A stretch of DNA of 64,000 bases from Bacteroidales bacterium (GTDB taxonomy: Bacteria > Bacteroidota > Bacteroidia > Bacteroidales > Bacteroidaceae): assembly GCA_022773145.1 (NCBI GenBank), contig JALEYW010000061.1, positions 1,501-65,500 on the forward strand, read 5' to 3'. Positions 51,759-61,914 of the stretch are shown one piece after another. The notes beneath the pieces were generated by a model, which had not been told where the DNA came from, ran no database searches, and saw nothing but the letters and a program-made list of their open reading frames with translations. The first letter of the stretch is position 1. Each line of letters opens with the position of its first letter. A program made the position numbers and the translations under genes.

Positions 51759-51855
51759 CGAAAGTAGGGGATAATAAGCGTACGACCAAGTTTTCCCGGG
51801 CTTTGGCGGGCTGATTGTATGAAAATCATACATTCTCCTGTATGGTAATCATACA
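51759..51855 (-). promoter_or_regulatory. Promoter plus paired TGTATG-N5-CATACA operators, copy 1
   Basis: 17-bp palindromes at 51816 and 51839; TACTTTCG -7-like element at 51759-51766. Confidence 0.75.
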
Positions 51856-51975
51856 CTTTGCCCGAAAGGGCTGCGCTTCTACTGCCAGAGCAGCCACCCG
51901 AGCCCCCGGCGGCCTCCCTGACAGGAGATGGTGGTAGCTGTGGCAAGGGCAGCGCAGCCTTCCTTGTCAGAAAAC

Positions 51976-52141
51976 AAAACTGCACGATATACCTTGCAGT
52001 TTTTCGCAAAACCTGCACGGTGTATCGTGCAATTTCCTTCCAAATTCCTATTTTCAGGCGTTTGAGCACGGCAAGAATAAGGTTTTGAAGAAAAAATCCG
52101 CAAAAATTGCACGGTGCATCATGCAGTTTTGTGTATGTTTG
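51976..52141 (+). promoter_or_regulatory. Three TGCA-N10-TGCA palindromes plus -7 element of the AAA gene
   Basis: 18-bp cores at 51981, 52014 and 52108; TATGTTTG at 52134. Confidence 0.7.
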
Positions 52142-52162
52142 CACATCAAACATCAGAAACCT

Positions 52163-53335
52163 ATGGAAGAGTTATATTCAACCTACAGATTGTTGCTCGA
52201 CAGGACACCGCTCGCCTTTCAGCGTTTCCTGCACAGCCGTATAAATTGGAATAGCCGTTTGGTCGCTATTCTGGGGGCGAGGGGCGTGGGCAAGAGTACG
52301 CTCATGCTCCAGCACATCAAGATGAAGGAGAACGTGGACGACGCGCTTTATGTGCTTGCCGATGATTTTTATTTCACCACCCACCGTCTCTATGACCTGG
52401 CATTGAACTTCTACCAGCATGGAGGAAAGGTGCTGTTTATCGATGAGATACACAAGTATAAGGGGTGGAGTGTCGAACTCAAGAATATCTATGACAAACT
52501 GCCCGATTTCCGTGTAGTCTACTCAGGTTCGTCTGTTCTCGATTTGGAAAAAGGTGGAGCAGACTTGAGTCGGCGAAAGCTTGAATACAACCTTCCCGGC
52601 CTCTCCTTTCGGGAGTATGTCAATCTCACCCAAGGATGCAATCTTCCTGCCTATTCCCTCGACGAAATCCTTCAAGGGAAGGTGGAGTATCCCTCTGAGT
52701 TGGAAAAGCCTTTGAAATTGTTCAAGACATATCTCAGCGAAGGCTACTATCCTTTCTTCTTGGAGGGGGACTATCGTCAGCGGTTGCAGGGTGTGCTGAA
52801 GCAGATGGTAGACGAGGATATTCCCAACTATGCGGAAATGAGTTTCCCTTCAAGGGCCAAACTCAGAAAACTGCTCTATGTGTTGGCACAGACGGTGCCG
52901 TTCAAGCCCAATTACTCCAAATTGGAGAAGGACTTGGGCATTAGCCGGAATGTGCTTCCCGACTATATCGAATTTCTCGAGAAGGCCGGCTTGCTGCTTA
53001 CCTTGTGCGATAAGGTGAAGGGAATAAAGATGATGGAGAAGGTAGAGAAGCTCTATTTGCAGAATCCTAATCTGGCATACGCCCTTAGCGAATCTTTGCC
53101 CGACATAGGCAGTGTGCGTGAGACAATCTTTTTGGCCTGGACAAAGCCCTACCTTTCAGTTACGGCTTCGCCTGTATCCGATTTCGGGATAAATGGCCGT
53201 ACTTTCGAAATAGGAGGAAAGAACAAGGGAAGGAAACAGTTGCAGGAAGCGGCAGAGGGCTATGTGATAAAGGATGACATTGAATATGCCTTTAAAGGAA
53301 CTATCCCTCTCTGGCACTTTGGTTTCCTGTATTAA
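52163..53335 (+). CDS. AAA_14 ATPase with DUF4143 C-terminus
   Basis: GARGVGKS, LFIDEIH, SGSS, LSFREY and GYYPF motifs; C-terminal DF...FEIGGK. Confidence 0.9.
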   Translation: MEELYSTYRLLLDRTPLAFQRFLHSRINWNSRLVAILGARGVGKSTLMLQHIKMKENVDDALYVLADDFYFTTHRLYDLALNFYQHGGKVLFIDEIHKYKGWSVELKNIYDKLPDFRVVYSGSSVLDLEKGGADLSRRKLEYNLPGLSFREYVNLTQGCNLPAYSLDEILQGKVEYPSELEKPLKLFKTYLSEGYYPFFLEGDYRQRLQGVLKQMVDEDIPNYAEMSFPSRAKLRKLLYVLAQTVPFKPNYSKLEKDLGISRNVLPDYIEFLEKAGLLLTLCDKVKGIKMMEKVEKLYLQNPNLAYALSESLPDIGSVRETIFLAWTKPYLSVTASPVSDFGINGRTFEIGGKNKGRKQLQEAAEGYVIKDDIEYAFKGTIPLWHFGFLY

Positions 53336-53444
53336 TGAATCATGTACAATGAGGTCTACGACCGACAGGGCGGAAGATGTGGACCGCCGACCTCATGGCC
53401 GGCCGCAGGCAATTGTACATTATCTCATTGCCCACGCGCCTGCG

Positions 53445-54695
53445 TCATTCCAGCAGCAGTTCTTCGGCATCGCCCAATTTGTCGTAGCCGCCCACCAGCA
53501 CCTTGTCGCCCGGTTGCAGGCCGGAGAGGACTTCGTACTGCTGCGGGTTCTGGCGGCCCAGCTCGATGGGCGTTTTGCGTGCCGTCCGGCCGTCGGGCGA
53601 GAGGCGGTATATCCACTGTCCCGCTGTGTGCTGGTAGAAGTCGCCCCGGGGAATGACGAGGCATTTTTCCGGCTTGCCCAGCTCAATCTGTACACGGTAG
53701 CTTTTGCCCAAGCGGATGTTGGTGGGCTTGCCGGCGGTGAACACGAGGTCGCAGGGGAACTGGCGATCCTTCACCTCGGGCACCACCTTGCTGATGCGCA
53801 GGGGGAACTGCTGTTCCTGCTGACGGATGTGGGCGGGCAGGTCCGTGGTGATGCGGTCTATATAGTACTCGGAGAGGGAGGCACGCACCTTATAAGCTGT
53901 GAGCACTTTGATTTCGCCCACACTGGTCCCTGCCGCCACCTGCTGCCCCAAGCCCACACTGAGATAGCTGAGCTGGCCGGCCACAGGGGCACGCACCACG
54001 AGGTGGGCTGTACGCCCAGAAGCGCGGGACAGCTTGCGCTGCGAGGCTTCGCGGTCAGCACGCAGCATTTCCCGCTTGAGCCGTGTGGCCGCCGAATCGT
54101 GGCGGAGGCTCTCCATTTGCAGGTTTGTCCGTTGGTGCTGATACCGGTACTCCTCTTCTGCCACGTCCAGTTCAGCCTTGCTCTTGATGCCCATGCGAAA
54201 CTCCTCACGGCTTTGCCGGAGCGACTTGTCGAGTGCTGCCATCTGGTGGGCGGCATCGAGTGCCTGCTGGAGCAGGGCGAGGGATTTCTGCTGCATTTCA
54301 ATCTCCTGCTCCTGGTAGTTGCGCTGGCTGTTCTGCCATTCCGCCTGTTCGTCATCGATTGTGCGGAGCAGTTCGGGGTTGGATAGTACCAGAATGGTGT
54401 CGCCCGCCTGGAGCATCGTCCCTTCCTCCGCCACGATGCGCTCCACGAATCCGCTTTCCAGCGCATTGAGCTGTACGGTCTGAATGGGTTGCACGATGCC
54501 TTCCACATCGACAAACTCCCGGAACGGTGCGGCCGCCACTTCGGCCACGCGGCAGGTTTCGCTGTCAAGCCGGAGCCGGCGTGGGCTTAATGAAAGATAT
54601 ATGAGCCAGCCCGCAAGAGTCAGAAAGGCGGAAGCGGCCAGGATGTGGTAGAAGTACTTGACGTACCAGGGGCGGGGTTTGCGGGGGATGTCCAT
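53445..54695 (-). CDS. Efflux periplasmic adaptor (membrane fusion protein)
   Basis: N-terminal TM, lipoyl-like halves, coiled coil, EVLSGLQPGDKV. Confidence 0.9.
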   Translation of the reverse strand: MDIPRKPRPWYVKYFYHILAASAFLTLAGWLIYLSLSPRRLRLDSETCRVAEVAAAPFREFVDVEGIVQPIQTVQLNALESGFVERIVAEEGTMLQAGDTILVLSNPELLRTIDDEQAEWQNSQRNYQEQEIEMQQKSLALLQQALDAAHQMAALDKSLRQSREEFRMGIKSKAELDVAEEEYRYQHQRTNLQMESLRHDSAATRLKREMLRADREASQRKLSRASGRTAHLVVRAPVAGQLSYLSVGLGQQVAAGTSVGEIKVLTAYKVRASLSEYYIDRITTDLPAHIRQQEQQFPLRISKVVPEVKDRQFPCDLVFTAGKPTNIRLGKSYRVQIELGKPEKCLVIPRGDFYQHTAGQWIYRLSPDGRTARKTPIELGRQNPQQYEVLSGLQPGDKVLVGGYDKLGDAEELLLE

Positions 54696-54812
54696 GTGCG
54701 TGAAGTAGGGTTAGGGCTTAATCGTCGATGATTTGTCCCATGACCCAATACTTTTGGGCATGGGTGACCGGGGCATAGGTACAGAACAACAGGAGAGAGA
54801 GGAGAAATTGCC

Positions 54813-57743
54813 TCATTGTTTCTTGGGAGATTTGCTAAACCTGTAAACGGCATGCAGCATGGCATAGCGCGGGATGGACATGTGCCACGTTTCCGTGCGG
54901 CCTTGTGCATTCAAGGTCTGGCGTACGTTGGAGATGTTGTCCAAAATGTCAAACCCGTCCAGCATCACGGTCAGTCTGCCCTTCATGCACTTCTTGGCCA
55001 CACGCAGGTTCCACACCAGGTTGTCCGTGTTGAAGGACTTGTCGGCATAGCCTCGGCGGCTATACATGGTGGCATCCGTGGAGATTTGCCAGCCCTTGGG
55101 TAAGTCAGCTGTGCAGTTGACACCGTATTGGTACGACGCGGCATCCGTGGTAACGAAGCCGGCTCTGGGCGAAGTCTGATGGGTGTAAGTCACGGAAGCC
55201 TTTCCGCCTAAGCGAATGGAACTGATGGTATAGTTGAGGCGCAAACCTTGTGTCAAATAGGTGGTGTTGACAGCACGCTTCTGGGGATCTAGGTCGGGGG
55301 AGTCGCTGCTGAGGTCCATGCTGTGCTGGAAGGTTGCGTCGGTGTTCAGTTCGAGCTTCAGCCGCTTGTGCTTGTCCAATGGCGAGGAGAAGATGACTTT
55401 TCCAAAGAGGACATTGTTCCCGTTCACGTTTTCCGGGCGGTAAGTGTAAATACCGGTCTGCCTGTTGTAGGTATATCCCATGGCAACGTCGTTACGCGAC
55501 AGTTGATAGGAGAGGTTGGAGGAAACCATGCGCTGCGTTTCCGAACTGTTCCACACATAGTTCAACTCCCAACGGTGGCTGCTCGTCACGTGCAAGTCGT
55601 TGTTGCCGGTATAGACCTCTAACGGATTGTCATTGGTGCGCACATCCACAAAGTAGTCAATGGACGCAGGTTGCATGGCGAACTTATAGCTCGCTTTCAG
55701 TTCGTGACAGGATAGCACCCGGCCACTCTCATCCCTGTTAATCCACTTCTTGTTCACCCACAGCGAAGGACGGAAGAGCACATAGTGTTTGGTAAGCGAT
55801 GTGTCTACCAGTGCCGGGCGGTTGTAGTCCAGCCGGTTGCGGTCTATGCTGAGGGGAAGGTTGAGATTGAAGGACCATGTGTTGTTCTTATACTCATTCT
55901 TGTAAATGGTCAGGGCCACCACATGGTAATCATTTTGCTGGGTGGTGTACTTGCTGCGTTCCGGGTCGTAAGCCTGATGTTGCCAGTCGGTCACGGATGG
56001 CAGTACTCCCAACTCCGGCCAATTGTCAGCGTTGTCTGTCAGATAGTCCAGCCGATACAGACCATAGTTGTTGCGGGTATGGTCCGCAGAATATTCGTAG
56101 GAAGGGTTGATGAGCCAGTTGTGGCCGATGCCCCAATAGTAATAGGCAGCCTTGGCCGTGGCAGAATACCCCCGATAGTCCTCCTTGCCGTACTCGTTTC
56201 TCCTGTCTGTTGCTGCGCCCCCTTGCGGATAGTCGTAGAGTTTGTGGGCAAAGTTGTCGTGTTGCGTGTCGATGTAGTTGCCGCGTGCTTCCAGCAAGAG
56301 GTTGTCGTTCGTGTGCGGCACCTTGATGGCGGCCTGCGCTGTCATGCCCGTGGAGAGATAGTAGCCGTTTCTTTTGGATTCCTCCGAAACACGGTTGATG
56401 ATGCCTGCCAGTTGGGCGGGCGACACGTCAGAGGCAAAAAGCGTGTCCAAGGATTCGTCCCGCAAATTGTCCCTTCCAGACTGCACCGAACGGTTGAGAC
56501 TGCTGCCGCTGTTGGAGGAATAGTGAAGGTTCGGGTTCAGTTTGACGTTGACCCATTTCGTGTGGAACGTCCAGTTGTGGTTGGTGCTAAAGTAAAGGTC
56601 GTGGGCACTGTTGGCATGGCGAATGCGTCCGTACGTGTCGCCCCCTGGCAGGAAGGTCTGGGTAGCAGTCAACTCCCGTGTCCGTGTGTCGGTATGGTTC
56701 ACGGTAGCCTCTCCTTCCAGTTCAAATCGGTGCAGCCGGTCGTTGACGTGATAGTCTACGCCGCCGTTCTGCATGGTCCTTATCCCGTCTTCTATGGCGG
56801 GCATCCACTCGCTGCCCTTTCCCGGGCGTTGCCTGTCGTTGAGATTGTTGAGATTGGCAAAGGCGGAAAGGCGCGAATGGGTGGTATGTCTGAGTGCAAA
56901 AAGGCGTGCCAGGTAGCGTTCATCAGTACCGCCGCCTCCCTCCACATTGGCCATCCAGCCTACTTGGTAGTCCTTCTTCAGCTTTACGTCCATCACCAGC
57001 ATCTCGTCGCCAATGTTTTTTCCCATCAGTTTGCCCAGTCCTCCCATTTTGTCGTAAACCCTGATGTCCTTCACCATATAGGTGGGGAGGTTTTCGAGCA
57101 TGATGGAGCGGTCTTTCTTGAAGAAATCCTCGCCGTTAAGCAGCAGACTTTCCACTTGTTTACCGTTGACGAAGATGCGTCCGTCATCCTTCAGCTCCGC
57201 GCCCGGCAACTGGCTGATGAGCGCATCCAGCATCGAACCTTCCTCCAGTTGGAAAGCATCGGCGTTGTAGACGACCGTATCGCCGCGAAGATAAAACTTC
57301 ACCTTCGTGGCCTTGACGACCGCCTCGTTCAGTTTCACCTCGCGCGGGGTACGTTTCATGATAATCGGGTCGTTCAAGATGGCCACTTCGCTCTTTCTCA
57401 GTTTGTCTATTTGGTAGGGTTGCGTAACGGCTTCATACCCGTCTTTGCTCAAGCGTAGCATATATTCGCCAGCCTCCGGGAGTGGCACTACATAAACGGG
57501 GCGCAAATAGGCCACCGCCATGTTGTTGTTGATGGTCCACTCGAAAACCAATGTGCTGTCCTTGGTGAGAAGTTGCGTTTTTACGTCCACCAGTGGCTGG
57601 CGCGTCACGTGGTCCAACACTTGGCCATACAGCACATGGTATTCCTTCTTCATGAGGTCATCCTTCGTGAGCAAAGGCTTTTCTTGGGCACAGACACTCA
57701 TGGATGAAAGGAGGAAGAGGAAAGCGATTACAATTCTATTCAT
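54813..57743 (-). CDS. Outer-membrane beta-barrel protein (TonB-dependent receptor-like)
   Basis: Signal peptide; GDTVVYNADAF, LISQLPG and LLNGEDFF motifs; C-terminal PRYAMLHAVYRF. Confidence 0.82.
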   Translation of the reverse strand: MNRIVIAFLFLLSSMSVCAQEKPLLTKDDLMKKEYHVLYGQVLDHVTRQPLVDVKTQLLTKDSTLVFEWTINNNMAVAYLRPVYVVPLPEAGEYMLRLSKDGYEAVTQPYQIDKLRKSEVAILNDPIIMKRTPREVKLNEAVVKATKVKFYLRGDTVVYNADAFQLEEGSMLDALISQLPGAELKDDGRIFVNGKQVESLLLNGEDFFKKDRSIMLENLPTYMVKDIRVYDKMGGLGKLMGKNIGDEMLVMDVKLKKDYQVGWMANVEGGGGTDERYLARLFALRHTTHSRLSAFANLNNLNDRQRPGKGSEWMPAIEDGIRTMQNGGVDYHVNDRLHRFELEGEATVNHTDTRTRELTATQTFLPGGDTYGRIRHANSAHDLYFSTNHNWTFHTKWVNVKLNPNLHYSSNSGSSLNRSVQSGRDNLRDESLDTLFASDVSPAQLAGIINRVSEESKRNGYYLSTGMTAQAAIKVPHTNDNLLLEARGNYIDTQHDNFAHKLYDYPQGGAATDRRNEYGKEDYRGYSATAKAAYYYWGIGHNWLINPSYEYSADHTRNNYGLYRLDYLTDNADNWPELGVLPSVTDWQHQAYDPERSKYTTQQNDYHVVALTIYKNEYKNNTWSFNLNLPLSIDRNRLDYNRPALVDTSLTKHYVLFRPSLWVNKKWINRDESGRVLSCHELKASYKFAMQPASIDYFVDVRTNDNPLEVYTGNNDLHVTSSHRWELNYVWNSSETQRMVSSNLSYQLSRNDVAMGYTYNRQTGIYTYRPENVNGNNVLFGKVIFSSPLDKHKRLKLELNTDATFQHSMDLSSDSPDLDPQKRAVNTTYLTQGLRLNYTISSIRLGGKASVTYTHQTSPRAGFVTTDAASYQYGVNCTADLPKGWQISTDATMYSRRGYADKSFNTDNLVWNLRVAKKCMKGRLTVMLDGFDILDNISNVRQTLNAQGRTETWHMSIPRYAMLHAVYRFSKSPKKQ

Positions 57744-57773
57744 CTTGTCTTAGTTTACACTTTCACATCTGCC

Positions 57774-59885
57774 TCAAAGCCCCGCCTTGATCAGCCGCTC
57801 CATCTCGGCCTTGAAGTTGTACAGGCCGTTGATGCGGTACTCCTCGCCCACGATCCGGCCGTCGGGCGTGATGGTTTCGTAGTGCGGAATGCCGTTGAAG
57901 CGGAAGTACTCTTGCAGGCGGCTGAACTCGGTGTCCGGAATGCAAATGGTTTCCTCGTCGGCGAGCCATTCTTTCACATACTTGTGGTAAGCCTCGCTGC
58001 CCTCGGCTGTTTCTTCGCCCGCAATGAACACGAGTTTCACGTCGTCGCGCTTCGCAATCTCCGCACGCAGCTCCTTGCTGCTCTGAATGGCACCGCGACA
58101 AGGGCCGCACCCCATGCCCCAGAAGTCAATCACCAAGTAGCGGCCAGGGTAGCGCATCTGGAGCGAGCGGATGAGTTGGGCGGGCTGGCCTTGGGGCAGG
58201 GGCGAAGTGAAGGATGCCATGGCCTGACGCGCTGCGTGGAACTGTTCGGCATGGTGGCGCAGGGCTTCGTAGGTGAACGAAGATACATAGCGGGGGAACA
58301 CATTGCTCAGACAGGGAATGCGTTCGGCCTGCTGTTTGCGCTCCTCCTCGCTGAGCTTGGGGTCGGCCAACACGCGGTCCTTACTGCTTTCATTTTCGCG
58401 CCACATGTTGTAGTCGCCCAACATCTCCTGATAGTTGCACATTTGCGCCATAAGGTTCTTAAAAGTGCAATTTCTCGCCAAGCCAAAGCGAGCAAGCTCT
58501 CTTTGGTCTTTTGGCTTAACGAAATCGTTATTCTTCGTGCTGCCCATCATGCCGCGCCACGTGGCATAACGCTTTTCCATTTCCTTCAGGATGCTTTCGG
58601 ACGTATTGTCCCATGGGCCGTCTTCGTCCGTGATTTCCACGGGGCCGTCTGCGCTGAGCACGGGCCAGGCATATTGTATGCGGTTGAGCAGGATGTCGTA
58701 GTAGCCGCTGGCCATGAGCAGCGGATTGTCGAAGTCAATGCGGTGCAGCAGCCGGCTGTAGAACGTCGTGTCGCGCAGCGTGGCATACACGGCACTGTCG
58801 GCAGCTGTCACCAATTCCACGTTAAACCTTTTCGCCAGGGCATAGTCCATCACGCCCGTGGCATATTGCGCCTGTGCATCGGCCACAGCCAATTGCATTT
58901 CAGTCGGCGTGAAATGGTGGCGGGCGGCTACCGTCTGCAGGCGGTAGGCCGTGAGCTGCCACAACTCTTCGGCCAGTGCTTCGGCTTCCTGCGGCGTACC
59001 TTCGCAGTGATACATCCGCGAGTCTATATCCCTGAAATCCAGGCCCGACTTCAGCCATCGCTCTACCTCCTGGCTGCTGCCGCTGTGGTAGTCGCAGCGG
59101 TACAGTCCGTCGTCGCCCTTGCGTACGGTCACGTCAATGGTGTCGCCGGGGCGGGCGAATACTTCAAGATAGTTCATGCCCGGCAACTCCTTGTCCAAAC
59201 GGAACGAATGCTGCTGGGGATAATCCACCTTCCATCGCTTCTCAAACGTGCCGTCGGGGCGTATGTCGGCCACCATGACAAAATCATACTTATCGAACAC
59301 GCCTTTGTAGGACATTTCGAGCTGGGTGGGAAATCCTGCCTCGGCGCTGTAGCCCTCAATGCGTCCGCGAAGGGTCACGCTGTCGGTGGTGAACCAGTCG
59401 GCAAGTGAGGGGTAGGCATTCGCGCCGGCCAGTTCCTCCATCGTTTTCATCTTCAACTTCTGCTTGCTGTCGTGGATGCCCAAGAGCATGAAAGCCCTCT
59501 GTCCGTCGTACTCGATGAAGTCGAACACCCGCGTGCGCTTGGGCAGGGGTTCAAAGTGCAGCGTGAAGTGGGTGGTTCTGTCGGCGGGTGAAGTGACCCA
59601 TTCGTCCAGGGTCAGCCCTTCGGCCGAGCGCACAAGGTAGCGGCGGTTGTTTTCGTCCACCAAATAGGAGGTTCCGGCGATGCGGAAAGTGTAGCCTGCG
59701 GGGTAGTCCATTGTGAATTGCACCGTGGTGGCCGTGTCGGCAAACACCACTTTGCTTGCCTTCAGTTCGCCGCCCGACACATTCAGGCAGCCCAAAGCCT
59801 TGGGATTCTGGATGGTGCGCTGGGCGCAGGTGGGAGCAGCCAGAACGAAGAGGCCGCAGAGGAACAGGGTCAGCAATTGTTTCAT
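57774..59885 (-). CDS. Large exported protein with C-terminal TlpA-like thioredoxin domain
   Basis: Signal peptide MKQLLTL; IDFWGMGCGPC and FNGIPHY motifs; contains an in-frame repeat insertion. Confidence 0.82.
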   Translation of the reverse strand: MKQLLTLFLCGLFVLAAPTCAQRTIQNPKALGCLNVSGGELKASKVVFADTATTVQFTMDYPAGYTFRIAGTSYLVDENNRRYLVRSAEGLTLDEWVTSPADRTTHFTLHFEPLPKRTRVFDFIEYDGQRAFMLLGIHDSKQKLKMKTMEELAGANAYPSLADWFTTDSVTLRGRIEGYSAEAGFPTQLEMSYKGVFDKYDFVMVADIRPDGTFEKRWKVDYPQQHSFRLDKELPGMNYLEVFARPGDTIDVTVRKGDDGLYRCDYHSGSSQEVERWLKSGLDFRDIDSRMYHCEGTPQEAEALAEELWQLTAYRLQTVAARHHFTPTEMQLAVADAQAQYATGVMDYALAKRFNVELVTAADSAVYATLRDTTFYSRLLHRIDFDNPLLMASGYYDILLNRIQYAWPVLSADGPVEITDEDGPWDNTSESILKEMEKRYATWRGMMGSTKNNDFVKPKDQRELARFGLARNCTFKNLMAQMCNYQEMLGDYNMWRENESSKDRVLADPKLSEEERKQQAERIPCLSNVFPRYVSSFTYEALRHHAEQFHAARQAMASFTSPLPQGQPAQLIRSLQMRYPGRYLVIDFWGMGCGPCRGAIQSSKELRAEIAKRDDVKLVFIAGEETAEGSEAYHKYVKEWLADEETICIPDTEFSRLQEYFRFNGIPHYETITPDGRIVGEEYRINGLYNFKAEMERLIKAGL
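58456..58529 (-). repeat. Family A mini-element inserted in-frame in a CDS
   Basis: Flanks aacgatttcgttaagccaaa and tggcgagaaattgcacttttaagaa are identical to those in 14246-14322. Confidence 0.9.
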
Positions 59886-59976
59886 GAGTTGCTTTAGGAT
59901 TATATTCTTATTATATATACACTCAAACAGGGGAAATGTAACAGAAAAAGTTATAAAAATTAGTTTATGGTTCATT

Positions 59977-60127
59977 AGGTTATGAGGTTATTGCTGAGGT
60001 TATGAGATGTTAGGTTATGAGATTTTAGGTTATGAGGTTATAAGATTACTATTTAAGCGGGCGATGTTCAAGCGTTACAACAGTAACTTTATAACCTCAT
60101 AACCTTATTCCTCATAACCTGATAACC
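59977..60127. repeat. Family P palindromic element
   Basis: ggttatgag arms; core ttcaagcgttacaacagtaactttataacc. Confidence 0.9.
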
Positions 60128-60142
60128 GAGTTACGCAGTAAC

Positions 60143-61612
60143 TTAAATGGGGAATTGTTCGGACAGTGGCATGTTGTGCTCAAAGTCGTAGGCCGTCAGG
60201 CTGCGCAGGGTGTAGTAGAGGTTCCAGTAGGTGCTCAGCGTACGGACATAGCCCAGTTTGGCTGCGTTCTTCTCGCTCACCGCCGCATTGAGGTCGAGCA
60301 TACTGCCGCGCCCCAGGATGTAAAGGCGTTGGGCAATGCGGTGGCGTTGCTCGGCCCGTTGGTCGGTGAGCGAGGCCACGCGGACCTTGCGGGCCTGCAT
60401 GTTGAACTGAAGAACCAGCTCCTGCACCGTTTGCCGGAAGCCCGCCATGCCCTGCTCCACTTCGGTCTGCGTGAGAGCCAATTGCGATTGGGCCGTTTTT
60501 ACCCTGCCTTTTCCGCGCCCCCAGTCGAGTAGGGGAATGGAGAGTGAGATGCCCGCATATTCCTGGTTCATAAGGTTGCGGTACACGCCGCGCAACTCGT
60601 TTCCCGTTTGGGAAAGGCCGAACTGCACATAGAGGTCGGCGCGGAAGCCACGGTTGGCCTTGGCTTGCGACAGGTTGCTTTCGCTCTCCTTTTGGATGCG
60701 CCGATAGTACTCGGGCACACTGCTGTTTTCGAGTGCGAGCTGCATGGCCTGCGGCAGGGAGACTTGGAACGGCGGCACGCTGTCGGGCAGGACGATCCGC
60801 AGCTCCGCAGTGGGCGGCAGGGCGAGGAAGGAACGCACCCGCTGGGCCGTTTCCATCAGTTCGATTTCGGCATCCATCACGTTGGTCTCCTCGTTGAGCC
60901 GGTTGATTTCGAGTTGGAGCATCTCGTTCTGCGTGATGGTACCAATCTCGTAGCGTCCTTGTGCCATACTATAAAGTGTGTCGGCCGCAGCAAAGTTCTG
61001 TCGCGCCATGTCCAGTGTGGCCTGGGCCGTGGCGAGTGCGAAGAAATGGTCGCAGGCGGTGGCCGAGATGGTTTCGAGCGTTCCGGCATACTGCTTCTTG
61101 GCCTCGCGGTAGCGGATAGGTTCGATGCGTTTGTCCCACTTCAGGGAGTTGTGGCCGAATAGGCTCTGCTCGTAGCCGATGAGCAGCGGCTGGCAACTGA
61201 AGGCCGTGGTGCGCTGCCGGTACTCGTCGATGCGGTTGAGCGTGCTCTTCAGGAAGAAGCTGCCACCCGTCCAGCTGACCTGCTGGTTGACCTTTAGCGT
61301 GAGATCCGCGCCAAACTGGTCCTGCCGCAGGAACTGCGCCGTGCCGTCGGGCTGTGCAATCTTGTTCATCTCCTTATTGATATAAGGGGCAGAAGAGAGC
61401 GTGACGGACGGTAGCTGGTTGGCGCGGAAGTAGCGGTAGTTCCAGTAAGCCGACAGAAAAGTGTTGCGTGCGCTCTGGGCCGAGGGCGACTGCCTCTGGG
61501 CCAGGGCAATGATGTCCTGCAGGGTCAGCACCAGCGTGTCGGCCTCTGTGGCCGCCATGCAGTGTGTCCAAAAGGCTGCCATAAGCCATAGTACTACGCT
61601 TTTCTGTTTCAT
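60143..61612 (-). CDS. TolC family outer-membrane efflux protein
   Basis: Signal peptide; LSIPLLDWGRGKG; two OEP-type repeats. Confidence 0.9.
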   Translation of the reverse strand: MKQKSVVLWLMAAFWTHCMAATEADTLVLTLQDIIALAQRQSPSAQSARNTFLSAYWNYRYFRANQLPSVTLSSAPYINKEMNKIAQPDGTAQFLRQDQFGADLTLKVNQQVSWTGGSFFLKSTLNRIDEYRQRTTAFSCQPLLIGYEQSLFGHNSLKWDKRIEPIRYREAKKQYAGTLETISATACDHFFALATAQATLDMARQNFAAADTLYSMAQGRYEIGTITQNEMLQLEINRLNEETNVMDAEIELMETAQRVRSFLALPPTAELRIVLPDSVPPFQVSLPQAMQLALENSSVPEYYRRIQKESESNLSQAKANRGFRADLYVQFGLSQTGNELRGVYRNLMNQEYAGISLSIPLLDWGRGKGRVKTAQSQLALTQTEVEQGMAGFRQTVQELVLQFNMQARKVRVASLTDQRAEQRHRIAQRLYILGRGSMLDLNAAVSEKNAAKLGYVRTLSTYWNLYYTLRSLTAYDFEHNMPLSEQFPI

Positions 61613-61630
61613 GAGTGATTGGTTTGCTTG

Positions 61631-61727
61631 CAAATATAGAGGCGGCCTACGAGAGTGCCAAGGTTTTACCCATTCTCTGGTGACGATTGTATGAAAATCA
61701 TACACTCTGCTGTATGAAAATCATCCA
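61631..61727 (-). promoter_or_regulatory. Promoter plus paired TGTATG-N5-CATACA operators, copy 2
   Basis: Palindromes at 61688 and 61711; TATATTTG at 61631-61638; same spacing as copy 1. Confidence 0.78.
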
Positions 61728-61760
61728 CTCTTCGCCTGCCGACACCAGAATGCCCCATTT

Positions 61761-61812
61761 TGTCTTGCTGGCAAGACAGAAACAGCCTATTTTTGTCCTG
61801 CGAACAAGACAA
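61761..61812 (+). promoter_or_regulatory. Paired TGTCTTG-N4-CAAGACA palindromes over the rhuM/fic promoter
   Basis: Cores at 61761 and 61794; TATTTTTG at 61788-61795. Confidence 0.65.
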
Positions 61813-61831
61813 GTAAGGCATCTTCTGACTC

Positions 61832-61908
61832 AAATATAGTGCAAGGCGAGTGCAGCGCGTCAAGCTTGCTTGAATGCAATGCCGAGCCGCAGCCTATCTT
61901 ATGTAAAT
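61832..61908 (+). repeat. Family B mini-element
   Basis: AAAT direct repeats; tcaagc-tt-gcttga hairpin; tgccgagccgcagcctatcttatg tail. Confidence 0.85.
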
Positions 61909-61914
61909 AATGAT

